64,000 nucleotides of DNA from Candidatus Woesearchaeota archaeon (GCA_030640025.1 DAOWKC010000002.1:4029-68028); one strand, 5' to 3'. Shown: positions 48,326 to 58,426, numbered from the stretch's first letter. Made by a program: numbers and translations. The notes: generated by a model from the sequence alone, not told the origin.

Positions 48326-48511
48326 TTAACCTAATCTCTTTTGATTCTGGTCAATATTAATTTTATTTTCTTTGATTTGGTCTCTCAAGTCCTCGATTTC
48401 TTCTCTGAGTTTTTCCATTTCCTGCCTTAACTGAGCCATGGCATCGAGAATGGTGTCGCGGAAACCTTCGTATTCTGCAATCAAGCTGCCAAATTCTTCT
48501 TGAGTAACCAT
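48326..48511 (-). CDS. small coiled-coil protein (61 aa)
   Basis: Heptad-rich EEFGSLIAEYEGFRDTILDAMAQLRQEMEKLREEIEDLRDQIKE. Confidence 0.35.
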   Translation of the reverse strand: MVTQEEFGSLIAEYEGFRDTILDAMAQLRQEMEKLREEIEDLRDQIKENKINIDQNQKRLG

Positions 48512-48532
48512 TTTTAAATATTCAGAGCAGAA

Positions 48533-48883
48533 CTATCTTATAAATCCAGCGGTTTTGAAATATTCAAAATAGCCTTTTTTATGGAGATAATAAGAGCCAA
48601 CAGTGCCGATAATAAAAAGGACGACAATGGCAAATTTATTAGCTCGGATAGCTCCAATCATAAAGCCAAGAAGAAACCCAATCATGATTAATATGAAGGG
48701 GAAAATAGGCTGGGCAATCCTTCTTTTAAAGAAAAATCGGCCGGCAATAACACCAGCAAGAACAACGACAATATAGGAGAGGGCAGCTGAGTTTATTAAA
48801 AGGGCAATGAAAAAACCAATCAAAACTAAGGCAATGAAAAAGGTTTCTGCCCAGTTTTTGAGGATAAAGGTTCCGGAAGTCAT
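48533..48883 (-). CDS. small membrane protein (3-4 TM)
   Basis: Hydrophobic 116-aa ORF. Confidence 0.4.
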   Translation of the reverse strand: MTSGTFILKNWAETFFIALVLIGFFIALLINSAALSYIVVVLAGVIAGRFFFKRRIAQPIFPFILIMIGFLLGFMIGAIRANKFAIVVLFIIGTVGSYYLHKKGYFEYFKTAGFIR

Positions 48884-48886
48884 TTT

Positions 48887-49663
48887 TTACATGGTTTCAT
48901 AGCCTGAACCCTTGGGTTCAAAAAAAGCAAAATACAAAGCCCAGATAGCCAAGCCAATGATGATACCACCAATAAGAGTAAGCCAAAAGTTGGCCCAATA
49001 AATCAAAAGGCAGACGCCAAGGATAATGCCAAAGGAAACTGAATACAAGGCACGGCCAGCAAAAAAAATGTTGATGCCGTCCAAAGGCGGGATAGGCAGC
49101 ATACTACAAATAGCATAGATTAAATTGATTAATAAAGCTTTCTGCAGGAACCAACTATGGGGAAAGATGATTAAAAGTATTTTGAAAAAAAGAGCGAGGA
49201 TGACAGTGGCAATAGGGCCCCAGAGGGCAATAATACCATTTTCCCAGTAATTAACACCATAACGAAATTCTCCTAAACGATGACGGACTAACATAGCAAT
49301 CATCATGCCGCCTGGAAGGATAATAGTAAAAGCGCGGCCAAATAAGGAAGCGGTGACAAAGACAAAAATAATACTCAGGACAAGACCAGCCCACCAAAGC
49401 TTGAATTCAGCTTTAAAACCAATGGCTAAGGCAGCAATACGCTGGCCAGTTAAATGAACGAAAAAGGCAATTAAAGTGAGGAGGGAGACAAGCAAAAGAT
49501 TCTTGAGGCCGATAACAAAATCAAAACCAGTAGCAGAGCCCCAATCATTGAATGAGAAAATGAATCCGGCGACGAGAGCGCAAATAAGAATATCTCGAAC
49601 TTCCTTCATGGAAAAGGCGTAGTAAAGCCTTAACCGGCTTGCTAATTCGTGCCAAAACCCCAT
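48887..49663 (-). CDS. polytopic membrane protein, site-2-protease-like (PPLDG motif; HExxH not evident)
   Basis: LPIPPLDGINIFF resembles the S2P LDG motif. No canonical HExxH is present (only VHLTGQ). Confidence 0.35.
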   Translation of the reverse strand: MGFWHELASRLRLYYAFSMKEVRDILICALVAGFIFSFNDWGSATGFDFVIGLKNLLLVSLLTLIAFFVHLTGQRIAALAIGFKAEFKLWWAGLVLSIIFVFVTASLFGRAFTIILPGGMMIAMLVRHRLGEFRYGVNYWENGIIALWGPIATVILALFFKILLIIFPHSWFLQKALLINLIYAICSMLPIPPLDGINIFFAGRALYSVSFGIILGVCLLIYWANFWLTLIGGIIIGLAIWALYFAFFEPKGSGYETM

Positions 49664-49806
49664 TTTTAGAAGAAATAATTATTTTTGTTTTTAAATACTT
49701 TTGCTTTTATATTAATTATATAAGAGTTTAATAACAGATGGACACAGAGGCATCAATCAGAAAACACTAGGCTCATTTATGAATTAAGTGGTCTGAGGAG
49801 ACGTCA

Positions 49807-49994
49807 TGGTTGGTTGGCCATAGCCTCCTCAAAGCTTCTTGACAATCCGTTTGAAATAGAAGCCGTTGATCTTAAGCTCAACTGACCACCCTCATATATG
49901 GGATAGGAAATTAGAAATCTTTCTTTCTTTTTAAACATTTACCCTCTAGAATATATAGTTTTCTTTCGTTAGAAAAAGACTATGGCCAACCAAC
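49807..49994. mobile_element. MITE-like 188-bp element bounded by perfect 17-bp terminal inverted repeats (TGGTTGGTTGGCCATAG ... CTATGGCCAACCAACCA)
   Basis: Exact inverted repeats at 49807..49823 and 49979..49995 with no ORF between them. The element sits in a 494-nt intergenic region that also holds two copies of CTCTAGAATATATA (49943, 50090). Confidence 0.4.
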
Positions 49995-50157
49995 CACACC
50001 TATACCCATATATCACCATCGAGCTTTTTTGTCAAATCCTCTTTTGCTTTATGACATAGAAAAAATGTTGAAGTTTATAAATTTTCTTAATCTCTAGAAT
50101 ATATAAATTTAACCCCAAATTAGTGAAGTTGGGGTAAATAATCTTTTTTGGCCCCAT

Positions 50158-50814
50158 CTATTTAAATGCTTTTTTAACAGCATCTTCATGGCCAGCGCCG
50201 ATGATAGTGAGAATGGTTTTATCTGGGTTTTCTTTGAGGAGATAGGTGAGATTACGGATCATGACTTTATTGCGTTCTTCGACTAGGACCTGGTAGATGT
50301 TGGGATAGCGCTGCTTGAGCTCTTTGATAAGTTTTTTTATCAATGTTTTAGGAGGGACTTTAGTGAGGTCAAATTTTTCAAATTGTTTTTTTCTGGAGAA
50401 AATTCCTTTGAAAAGATCGATGATAAAGCGGAAGCGTTCTTTCCAAGTCAAGGTTTGGGAAAATCTTTGAAGGGTGATGGTGATATCCTGGTCGATTAAA
50501 GCAAGAGGAGTTTTGGTTTTTTTAGCTAATTTGATGGCGTGGAGCATTTCAGCGCCAGGAGCAGTACCGACCATTTTGCCGAGTTTTTTTTGGATATAAG
50601 CGCCGATAAGGGCAAAAAGAAAACCTTTAAAGCCGATTTTTTTGATATCAGCCAGCTGGATTCTTGATTTTTGATTGCTTAAGAGAGCTTGGAAGCGTTT
50701 GGGGTCTAATTCCAAGGCAATGATGTCTGGTTTTTTTTCAAGGATAGTATGTTCTATTTCTTTGATACTCTGTTGAGCGATATGAGACGTTCCAATTAAG
50801 ATAATATTAGCCAT
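50158..50814 (-). CDS. TraB/GumN family protein
   Basis: NIILIGTSHIAQQS N-terminal motif and a GAGHEDAV-type C-terminal motif of the TraB family. Confidence 0.6.
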   Translation of the reverse strand: MANIILIGTSHIAQQSIKEIEHTILEKKPDIIALELDPKRFQALLSNQKSRIQLADIKKIGFKGFLFALIGAYIQKKLGKMVGTAPGAEMLHAIKLAKKTKTPLALIDQDITITLQRFSQTLTWKERFRFIIDLFKGIFSRKKQFEKFDLTKVPPKTLIKKLIKELKQRYPNIYQVLVEERNKVMIRNLTYLLKENPDKTILTIIGAGHEDAVKKAFK

Positions 50815-50874
50815 GAGTACAGAAAAATATATAAAGTTTAAAAGTTTTTTGAAATTGTACGTGAGGTGTTATAA

Positions 50875-51150
50875 ATGCTACAAATGAAGAAGATACGGGA
50901 AACCTATGATATGAAGGTGTTTACTGATCAAGGAGACTATTTTGGTGATGTTGAAGATTCTATTTTAACTGCGACTAAGGTTTTTGGCTGGAAAATTAAA
51001 GCAACAAAAGGTTCGTTTTTGACCAAGGTTTTGGGTTCAGCCAAAGGAGTAATTGTGCCACACCAATTAGTTAAGGCGGTGAGTGATATCATTATTATCT
51101 CCAAGACAGCAGTGCCAAATTATCCAGCTGAAGAAGGAGCTGAAGAATAA
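50875..51150 (+). CDS. PRC-barrel domain protein
   Basis: 91 aa, with the FTDQGDYFGDVEDSILTATKVFGWKI beta-barrel pattern. Confidence 0.45.
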   Translation: MLQMKKIRETYDMKVFTDQGDYFGDVEDSILTATKVFGWKIKATKGSFLTKVLGSAKGVIVPHQLVKAVSDIIIISKTAVPNYPAEEGAEE

Positions 51151-51177
51151 ATTTATTTTTTGATTTCTTTTTGAATA

Positions 51178-51759
51178 ATGAAAGGGGAAACTGAACTCAA
51201 ACTGATGCTTTATTTTACCGTAGGTTACCTCTTATTTTTCACAATTATTTCTGTTTTAAAACAAAATTATGAATTTTTGTATTACGCAATGATTATGACA
51301 GTACTGATTTTGATAGCGATTTTTTATCATAAGAAGCTTCACTTGCCAAATTATATTTTAGGGGGATTGAGTTTAGTGGGTGTGTTGCATCTGATGGGGG
51401 GGTTTCTTTTTATCGGCAGTACAAGACTGTATGACTTCTGGCTGATTCCTGGAATTTTCAAGTATGATAACCTCGTGCATTTAGTTGGTATTTTTGTAGT
51501 GACTATTTTAGCATATAATTTGTTATATCCCCACCTTGACAAGAAGATTAAGCATAATAAATTCTTGTTATCGCTGCTGTTGGTTTTGATTGCTTTGGGT
51601 GTGGGGGCCTTTAATGAAATTCTTGAATTAGTGGTGGTTGTTTTTTTACCGGCAGCACATGGTATTGGCGGTTATTTTAATAATGTTCTAGATTTGTTAT
51701 TTGGCTTGCTCGGCTCTATTTTCGCTGCTCTTTTAATTGTATACTGGAAGAAAAAATGA
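51178..51759 (+). CDS. membrane protein (5-6 TM)
   Basis: Hydrophobic ORF, 4-nt overlap with the next gene. Confidence 0.45.
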   Translation: MKGETELKLMLYFTVGYLLFFTIISVLKQNYEFLYYAMIMTVLILIAIFYHKKLHLPNYILGGLSLVGVLHLMGGFLFIGSTRLYDFWLIPGIFKYDNLVHLVGIFVVTILAYNLLYPHLDKKIKHNKFLLSLLLVLIALGVGAFNEILELVVVVFLPAAHGIGGYFNNVLDLLFGLLGSIFAALLIVYWKKK

Positions 51760-52397
51760 ATTCATTAAGAAATTTTTTATTCAATATTTTAGATAAACCA
51801 GGTTCATGGTTTACGACAAAAGGATACTTAAAATACTACAAACTAAAAGAAGGTGATGTAATTATAGACTGCGGAGCATATTTAGGATATTTTACTGTGT
51901 TTGCTGCCAAGAAAGTTGGGAAAAAAGGAAAAGTAATTGCCTTTGAACCAGAAACCAAGAATTATAATTTTTTAAAAAAAATAATTGATTCAGAAAAATT
52001 AGAAAATGTTATTGTTATAAAAAAAGCATTATATAACGAAAAAAAAGAACTGTGTTTCAAAAGTAGATTTATGTTTTCTTCTATTTCAAATAAAAAAAAT
52101 GTGTCTAAAGGAAAAAAAATTATTTCTACGACCTTAGACTATGAATTAGAAAGATTAGGCATCAAAAAAGTGGATTTTATAAAAATGGATATAGAAGGTG
52201 CTGAATTAGAAGCACTTGAAGGCGCTAAAAACACACTTAAAAATACATCACATTTAGCCATTGCCTGTTATCATATAAGAAATGGCAAAATAACAGGCAA
52301 AACCCTAAAACCTTTACTGGATGATATCGGCTTCAAGACTAAAATTGGTTTTATTTCACACTTAACCCTCTATGCTTCTAAAATACAAAAGCCTTAG
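51756..52397 (+). CDS. FkbM family SAM-dependent methyltransferase
   Basis: VIIDCGAYLGYFTVFAA...VIAFEPETKNY (the FkbM MT domain signature). Confidence 0.65.
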   Translation: MNSLRNFLFNILDKPGSWFTTKGYLKYYKLKEGDVIIDCGAYLGYFTVFAAKKVGKKGKVIAFEPETKNYNFLKKIIDSEKLENVIVIKKALYNEKKELCFKSRFMFSSISNKKNVSKGKKIISTTLDYELERLGIKKVDFIKMDIEGAELEALEGAKNTLKNTSHLAIACYHIRNGKITGKTLKPLLDDIGFKTKIGFISHLTLYASKIQKP

Positions 52398-52399
52398 AA

Positions 52400-53164
52400 A
52401 TGACAAAAGTAATATCTAACCCCTCGATTTTAAACAACAAGGAATTAAATTTTGTGGATATGCACCATCATTCGATTTTTTCTGACGGCAATAAAACACC
52501 AAAATACATTGCGAAATATTTTATCAAGAAAAAGAGAGGGGTGTGTATTGCAGACCACAATCAAATCAAAGGGGCTGTTTATTTAGCCAAGCAAAAAGAA
52601 TTATTTTCGATACCAGCCATAGAAATCACATCAAAAGAAGCAAAAGATATCTTAGGTTATTTTTATAATATTAGAGACCTGCAATCTTTTTGGGAAAAAG
52701 AGATTCAGAAAAAAATAAGGAATAATGCTTTATTTAATTTGAACAGAACAACACTGAGCATACATGATATTGTTGAAAAAATAAAACAATATAGTGGGAT
52801 TCCCATACTGGCGCATCCCTTTACATTTAAACCAAAAAACGCAGAGAAATTTTTGTTTGATAAAGATTTCATGAGGAAAATAAAAGGAACAGAGATATTT
52901 GCTTGTGGAAGAGCTAAAAATAATCAAATCAAGCTGATAACACAACTCAACAAACCAATAGTGGCAGGCAGCGACAGCCACTTAGTGTCTTCGCTGAATA
53001 CCTTGACAGGAAGTTATTTTTTTGACAAAGATAGTTTTTTAGATTCTATATTAAAAAAAGAGAATATAATCTATTACCAAAAAGAAAATTACTTTTTCAA
53101 AACATTTCATAATCTGATTGTTTTAAAGAATAATATACATCTAAAAGCACCGAAGAATTTTTAA
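52400..53164 (+). CDS. PHP-domain phosphoesterase
   Basis: VDMHHHSIFSDG N-terminal His triad and downstream His/Asp ligands (AHPF, GSDSH). Confidence 0.65.
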   Translation: MTKVISNPSILNNKELNFVDMHHHSIFSDGNKTPKYIAKYFIKKKRGVCIADHNQIKGAVYLAKQKELFSIPAIEITSKEAKDILGYFYNIRDLQSFWEKEIQKKIRNNALFNLNRTTLSIHDIVEKIKQYSGIPILAHPFTFKPKNAEKFLFDKDFMRKIKGTEIFACGRAKNNQIKLITQLNKPIVAGSDSHLVSSLNTLTGSYFFDKDSFLDSILKKENIIYYQKENYFFKTFHNLIVLKNNIHLKAPKNF

Positions 53165-53901
53165 TCGTTTTCTACTCTGGGTGCTAAGATAAAAGAAAGC
53201 ATGACTTTGTCGACAGCAAGATAATCTAATCTCAAAGGATAATCACTGTTGAATTGGATGTTGACTCTGTCAGCTAGTTTAGCTCCATCAATCATTTTCT
53301 TGAGATATTCAATGCTGTATTTGGCTTTGACTTTGTCATCAGAGGCTTTGATCTGGGTTTCGGTGCCGGCACTGATTTCGATCTTGGCTTTGGATAAGTC
53401 ACCTTCAGCAGAAACAACTAGTTTATTTGGGTCTCCTAAAAAGGTGACTGATTCAGCGACAACATCAACATCACTAATAGCTTCGCTTAAAACACTGGCG
53501 GGGGTGGTGACATTAATCGGAAATTTTAACTCAGGTATTCTTTGTTCTTTTTCTTCTAATTCAATTAAAGGGATGGAGAAAGTTCTGGTGGTATCGGATT
53601 TAAATTCAATTTTTAACTTGCCTTCAGCTGTTTCTAAAGTAACAACATCATTTGATTTAGAACGTCTGAGGACTTGTTTTAAGTTGCTTAAATTGATGGC
53701 AAGCTGTTCGTCTTTGTCAACATTAAATTCAGTAAAGGTTGAGGCAAGAAGTTTGAAAATAACCATGGCAACATTAGCTGGATCCATGGCCACAAGTTCA
53801 AAACCCTCTTTGGTGATATTAAATTTAGCTTCATTAACAAGCTCTGAAATAATAGAAATGCTATCTTTGAGATATTTAGGTTCGGCGAGAGTTAACTTCA
53901 T
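53161..53901 (-). CDS. pcn: DNA polymerase sliding clamp PCNA
   Basis: 246 aa, N-terminal MKLTLAEPKYLKDSISIISELVNEAKFNITKEGFELVAMDPANVAMV, with a two-domain PCNA pattern. Confidence 0.8.
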   Translation of the reverse strand: MKLTLAEPKYLKDSISIISELVNEAKFNITKEGFELVAMDPANVAMVIFKLLASTFTEFNVDKDEQLAINLSNLKQVLRRSKSNDVVTLETAEGKLKIEFKSDTTRTFSIPLIELEEKEQRIPELKFPINVTTPASVLSEAISDVDVVAESVTFLGDPNKLVVSAEGDLSKAKIEISAGTETQIKASDDKVKAKYSIEYLKKMIDGAKLADRVNIQFNSDYPLRLDYLAVDKVMLSFILAPRVEND

Positions 53902-53953
53902 TATTCCACCCCTGTTTGATAATAAATTTAAGAAGTGTACTGATTTATATGTT

Positions 53954-55297
53954 TTATGGTGATAAAGTTAAACTTTGGCCATTGAAGATTTTATGGACGG
54001 TTTGCTGTTTTTTATAGCCCATTTCTTCGGCCAGATTAAGAAATTCATTGATTTGGGGCTTTTCAGAATGGACAGGGATGAGATGTTGAGCTTGGATTAA
54101 ATTGATGAAATCTCTTAAGTCTTCTCTGGCACCGTGGCCTGAGACATGGATATCTTTGAAGAGTCTGATGCCTTTTTCAATGAGATTTTTTTCTAGTTCT
54201 GCTCTTTGTTTTCGGTTGATGTCAGTTGGGATGATGATTGAAGAGAAGATTAAATGGTCTTGAGATTTGAATTTGAAGGGGAGGTCACCATTAGCAATTC
54301 TTGAGAGGATGGATTTAGGTTCACCTTGGTGGCCGGTGACGACCATGAGATATTTTTCTGGTCCTCGTTTTTGTATCTCTTGAAGTTTTTTTCTGACTTG
54401 CTTGCCGTAATGGCAAATAGTGACGTCTTTGGTGAAATTGATTAAGTTAACTTGTTCTGCGGCTCTAGAATATTTTGACAAGGAGCGGCCCATAAAGACA
54501 ATTTTTCTTTTGAGTTGTTTGCCAAATTCAACTATGGATTTTAGTCTGGCGATGTGTGAGGAGAAAGTTGTGACTAGTAAGGCAGAGCCTTTGGAATTAA
54601 CACCAAGCATAACGTCTCTAAGCATTTCTTTGGCAGTTGATTCGCAGGGAGTTTTTTTGTAAGCGTCTGCATAGAGGGTGTCGATGAAAGAGACTAAAAT
54701 GCCTTTTTGTTGTAAACGTTTAAGAGCTTCGTAATTTGGCGGTTTGCCTAAGACTGGATGGTCATCCATTTTGAAGTCGGTGGCGTAGAGGACAACTCCG
54801 TAAGGTGTGTGTAAGGCGATGGCCACGGCCTGGGGTGTGGAGTGGGTGATGTTGACGAATTCTATTTTTAATTTGTCGGTTAATTTTATTTGGCCGTTGG
54901 GCGGGAGAACTTTGATTTTGTTGGGGAGGTCAATTTTTTCATCCTTGAGAATGGTTTTAAGAACTGCGGCAGTAAAAGGTGCGCAGATAACCGGTGCATT
55001 GTATTTTTTAGCTAAGTAAGGAATGGCGCCGATATGATCTAAGTGGGCATGAGAAGGGATGATAGCTTGGACTTGATCTCGCCAATCGTTGATTAAAGAA
55101 TCGTCTGGAATGGCTTGGACTTTTTGCAAAGCCTTGGCTGAGTGTTTAGTGACGTTTTCGCCTTCTTCTTCGGTATATTTGATGTAATGAGGGAGATGAA
55201 GGCCCATGTCGAAAATGATGACTTCGTCATCGACTTTGACTGCAGTCATGTTTTTGCCGACTTCTCCGTAACCGCCAATAGCTCTGATTTCAATCAT
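53954..55297 (-). CDS. rnj: archaeal RNase J (beta-CASP metallo-beta-lactamase RNase)
   Basis: MBL motif HAHLDHIGAIP, beta-CASP motifs, and 447 aa. Confidence 0.75.
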   Translation of the reverse strand: MIEIRAIGGYGEVGKNMTAVKVDDEVIIFDMGLHLPHYIKYTEEEGENVTKHSAKALQKVQAIPDDSLINDWRDQVQAIIPSHAHLDHIGAIPYLAKKYNAPVICAPFTAAVLKTILKDEKIDLPNKIKVLPPNGQIKLTDKLKIEFVNITHSTPQAVAIALHTPYGVVLYATDFKMDDHPVLGKPPNYEALKRLQQKGILVSFIDTLYADAYKKTPCESTAKEMLRDVMLGVNSKGSALLVTTFSSHIARLKSIVEFGKQLKRKIVFMGRSLSKYSRAAEQVNLINFTKDVTICHYGKQVRKKLQEIQKRGPEKYLMVVTGHQGEPKSILSRIANGDLPFKFKSQDHLIFSSIIIPTDINRKQRAELEKNLIEKGIRLFKDIHVSGHGAREDLRDFINLIQAQHLIPVHSEKPQINEFLNLAEEMGYKKQQTVHKIFNGQSLTLSP

Positions 55298-55345
55298 GAA
55301 TTTTAGAAGTTTTTTAGAATATAAAAATGTTTGGAATTGAGATTA

Positions 55346-55723
55346 TTAATACCAATCATGACCTTTTATTCCAAGAAGGATATTCAATGCACTACCTCTT
55401 ACCCGTGCTTCTGCACTTTCTCTTTCATGCCCTCTTCTTATCATTGATTCTGGTTTCCAGTAATTTTCCTTTGCTTTTTCATAAGCCTCGTTAGAATCGT
55501 AATGTTCGCGACGAGGAGGGTCAAATCCAAATATTTCAGCAACCCGGGACATTCCTGCCTTATGAGCAGCCACTGCCTTTGGATTCGAACTAATTAAAAG
55601 AAGAAAATCAAGATCATGAAGTTTATTAAAACTTTTCTTTCTTTCTTCTAGATCGACTGCTTTAGCTAGTCTATCATCAAGGATTCCGAGGATTGGATTG
55701 TTTATTCTAGTCATTTTAATCAT
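55346..55723 (-). CDS. hypothetical protein (125 aa), co-operonic with the Nudix hydrolase
   Basis: Intact ORF with an 8-nt overlap with the upstream Nudix gene. Confidence 0.35.
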   Translation of the reverse strand: MIKMTRINNPILGILDDRLAKAVDLEERKKSFNKLHDLDFLLLISSNPKAVAAHKAGMSRVAEIFGFDPPRREHYDSNEAYEKAKENYWKPESMIRRGHERESAEARVRGSALNILLGIKGHDWY

Positions 55724-56384
55724 TCAAAACATGGACTCTTTTATCTGGGGCTGGTTTGAAAAGATGTTGGAATTTTTTAACAATATACCTAACGTCGTTA
55801 GTGAAATCCTGGGGATTCTTTTTAATTTGTTTTTCAAGATCTTTTAATTCAAAAACCTGAATACCACAAGCTTCATCATCTCTGAATTTAATTGAGCCGT
55901 CATAATAGCCAATGTAAAACTGAGTCATGCTTGGTTCAACCCATTCTTTGCCTGAGCTTTCTTTTCTGGTTGATTGATAGTTATCTAAATGGATGATGGG
56001 AGTGAGGATGCCTAAAACATGGAGGTCGGCAACAGAAACACTATGTTTAAACTCGGTTGGATTGACGATAGTAGCTGGAATACCTAATTCTTCAGCGCAT
56101 TCTTTAAGTAAGGTTAAATCATAGGAATCTTTAGTGGAAACGTGACCGCCAATGGTTTTATCCCACATGTTGGAATTATCGCCTTTCCATTTTGATCTTT
56201 TTTGTAAAATAATCCTGCCGTTTGAAGTCATTAAAATAAGCCTGACGTGTTTGTGTCGGACAGAAACTTTGCCTCGCTTAGAAAATTCATGGCGCATCTT
56301 TTCATGGAGCTTCTTTTTTTCCATACTGCCGAGTAATTCGCCTTCGTAAGAATAGTAATCAATCATTTCCCGGTTAAATTTCAT
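55716..56384 (-). CDS. Nudix hydrolase
   Basis: Nudix box GGHVSTKDSYDLTLLKECAEELGI (Gx5Ex7[R/K]ExxEExGU, with Lys in place of Arg). Confidence 0.6.
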   Translation of the reverse strand: MKFNREMIDYYSYEGELLGSMEKKKLHEKMRHEFSKRGKVSVRHKHVRLILMTSNGRIILQKRSKWKGDNSNMWDKTIGGHVSTKDSYDLTLLKECAEELGIPATIVNPTEFKHSVSVADLHVLGILTPIIHLDNYQSTRKESSGKEWVEPSMTQFYIGYYDGSIKFRDDEACGIQVFELKDLEKQIKKNPQDFTNDVRYIVKKFQHLFKPAPDKRVHVLND

Positions 56385-56603
56385 TTTGATTTTCCTCTAT
56401 TTTTGATAAAATTTAAAGCAGCTAATTCAAAAAAATGAGATTTATTTCTGTAAGTTTTTGACTTCATTTCATCACGGACTTTAGTTAGAGTATCTTCGCC
56501 TACAGTTATGCTTATTTTTTGTCTCATATCATAGTATTTTATACTACTAGTATATAAATGTTTCTATTTTTAACTACTTTTGAGTGGTAAATTAAAAGAA
56601 TAA

Positions 56604-58277
56604 TCACTTAAGAAGTTCTCTTGACCTTTTGTTCAAATCAGCAAAATAACCACGGATTAACTGAGTCATCTGATGAAAATAATTGAGGGCGGTGAGGGTT
56701 TCGTCTTGTTGTTGATAAGATAAATTAATAACTTTTTTGAAGAATTCTTGAGGTTCGCCTTCGGCTAATATCCCTGGGTCGCTTTGAAACCATTTGTATT
56801 TGACAACATCTTTTTCTCCGATTTCTTTCATAGTTGTTCTGACTGAATTACCAAGAGGGATTCCTAAAATAACATTTTTACCAAATAATTTTCTGGGGGA
56901 TTTATGATGTTGGATGTCATATTCTGGTTCTTTGGTAAAGGAAAATTGGAGCTCATAGTCTGTACTACCATACGTAAACCGATGCAATTTAATTTGAAAA
57001 TATTTGTTCTCGGCTTGAAGTATAAGGGTGGCCCAACACTCATTACCTTTTCGACTTTTGAGAGAAAAATCATAAGGGGGCTTGGAATTATCTGGACGGT
57101 AAACTTTAAATTCTCTTTTCAAAATGGCGAGTTGCGATAATTCACTGTGCAAAGTTAAAAATATTTCGTGGAGACCTTTTTCACCTAAACAACGTTCCTG
57201 CAGGGCTTGATAAGTCCCTTCATTTAAGATGGTAAGTGAGGATTGGTCACGGCCGAGATTAGGTAAATCGTTTCTAATTCTGATTAATTCCTTGTATAAT
57301 TGCTCTGTGTTTTGAAGTTGTTCTGATTCTTTTTGGGAAATACATTTTCTAAAAACTTGGTTGATTTCTTCAGGGATTTTGGAGTTGATATCTGAAGGGT
57401 CGTCTTTGAAGAGACTTTCCATTGGTAATTGATTAGTAAACATTTTATAAAGAAGTGTACCAAAAGCAAAAAGGTCGTCTTGAGAAACAGGTTTGCCACC
57501 TTTTCTTTGATTAGGTGACATATATTCAAAAGTTCCGACAGCTTCTGGATTGGTTTGGGAAAGAGAAGCAACAAGGGTATGAGTTAAACTAGATGATTTA
57601 ACTGTACTCAAACCAAAATCTGTAATTTTAACTTGATCGCCAGGAGTGATGAGAACATTGCCTGGTTTTAAATCCCGGTGAATAATTGTATGGTCATGAC
57701 AGTATTTCAAAGCATCGGCAATTTGGATAAGAATATCAAGACCGTAGGCAGTTGAAATAAATTCGCCGGCCTGAGATTTTTCTTCTAAGAGGCTGTCTAA
57801 ATCTTGGCCGTCAATATATTCCCTGACAAGCCAAGGTTTTTTTTCGTGGATACCGGCATCCAGAACTTGGACAAGATGTGGGTGTTGGAATTCTTGCTTT
57901 GATCCAAGAAGAATAGCAACCTCTCTTTGAAATTGACCAACATTATTATCGATTGTATCGTTTGAAATCTTAAAGGCAAAAGTTTCTCCTGGTTTGGTTG
58001 TATCGCTGGCTTTGTAAACAGCGCCAACAGCTCCTTCGCCAATTTTTTTACCGAGAACATATTTATCAATAGTGATTAGAGTTGGTTCTTCTTGAGGGGT
58101 TTCTACTGTTGGTGGTGATTCTTCAGAAGGTTCTCCTTCTGGAAGAGGTTGGTCTTCTTCAGTTGGAGCTGGGTCTTGAGATTCTTCTGGAGAGCTTTCT
58201 TCTTCTGGAGCTTCTCCTGCCGGTGTTTCTCTTTCAGGTTCTCCTTCTCTGGGAAGCAATGTTTCTCCTTCTGGCAT
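56604..58277 (-). CDS. Hanks-type (eukaryotic-like) Ser/Thr protein kinase with an acidic Pro/Glu-rich N-terminal region
   Basis: GEGAVGAVYKA glycine loop, catalytic HRDLKPGNVLI, DFG (ITDFGLS) and APE-like motif, plus about 230 aa of C-terminal non-kinase domain. Confidence 0.8.
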   Translation of the reverse strand: MPEGETLLPREGEPERETPAGEAPEEESSPEESQDPAPTEEDQPLPEGEPSEESPPTVETPQEEPTLITIDKYVLGKKIGEGAVGAVYKASDTTKPGETFAFKISNDTIDNNVGQFQREVAILLGSKQEFQHPHLVQVLDAGIHEKKPWLVREYIDGQDLDSLLEEKSQAGEFISTAYGLDILIQIADALKYCHDHTIIHRDLKPGNVLITPGDQVKITDFGLSTVKSSSLTHTLVASLSQTNPEAVGTFEYMSPNQRKGGKPVSQDDLFAFGTLLYKMFTNQLPMESLFKDDPSDINSKIPEEINQVFRKCISQKESEQLQNTEQLYKELIRIRNDLPNLGRDQSSLTILNEGTYQALQERCLGEKGLHEIFLTLHSELSQLAILKREFKVYRPDNSKPPYDFSLKSRKGNECWATLILQAENKYFQIKLHRFTYGSTDYELQFSFTKEPEYDIQHHKSPRKLFGKNVILGIPLGNSVRTTMKEIGEKDVVKYKWFQSDPGILAEGEPQEFFKKVINLSYQQQDETLTALNYFHQMTQLIRGYFADLNKRSRELLK

Positions 58278-58352
58278 TTTTCAATTATGTTTAGAACACG
58301 CTCCGATTATGAGGTTGGCGAAGATTTAACTTATAAATCTTTCGTAATATTA

Positions 58353-58375
58353 AATGCGGGCGGCAGGGTTCCCAC
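58353..58375 (-). repeat. duplicated fragment of the 3' end of the adjacent class II tRNA (AACCCTGCCGCCCGCATTTAA)
   Basis: A 22-nt exact direct repeat of 58424..58445, placed about 50 nt beyond the tRNA 3' end. Confidence 0.6.
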
Positions 58376-58426
58376 GTCAGAACCCTTGGTTCCGACACCT
58401 CCCCTCGCTCCGCTCGGAAATTTAAA

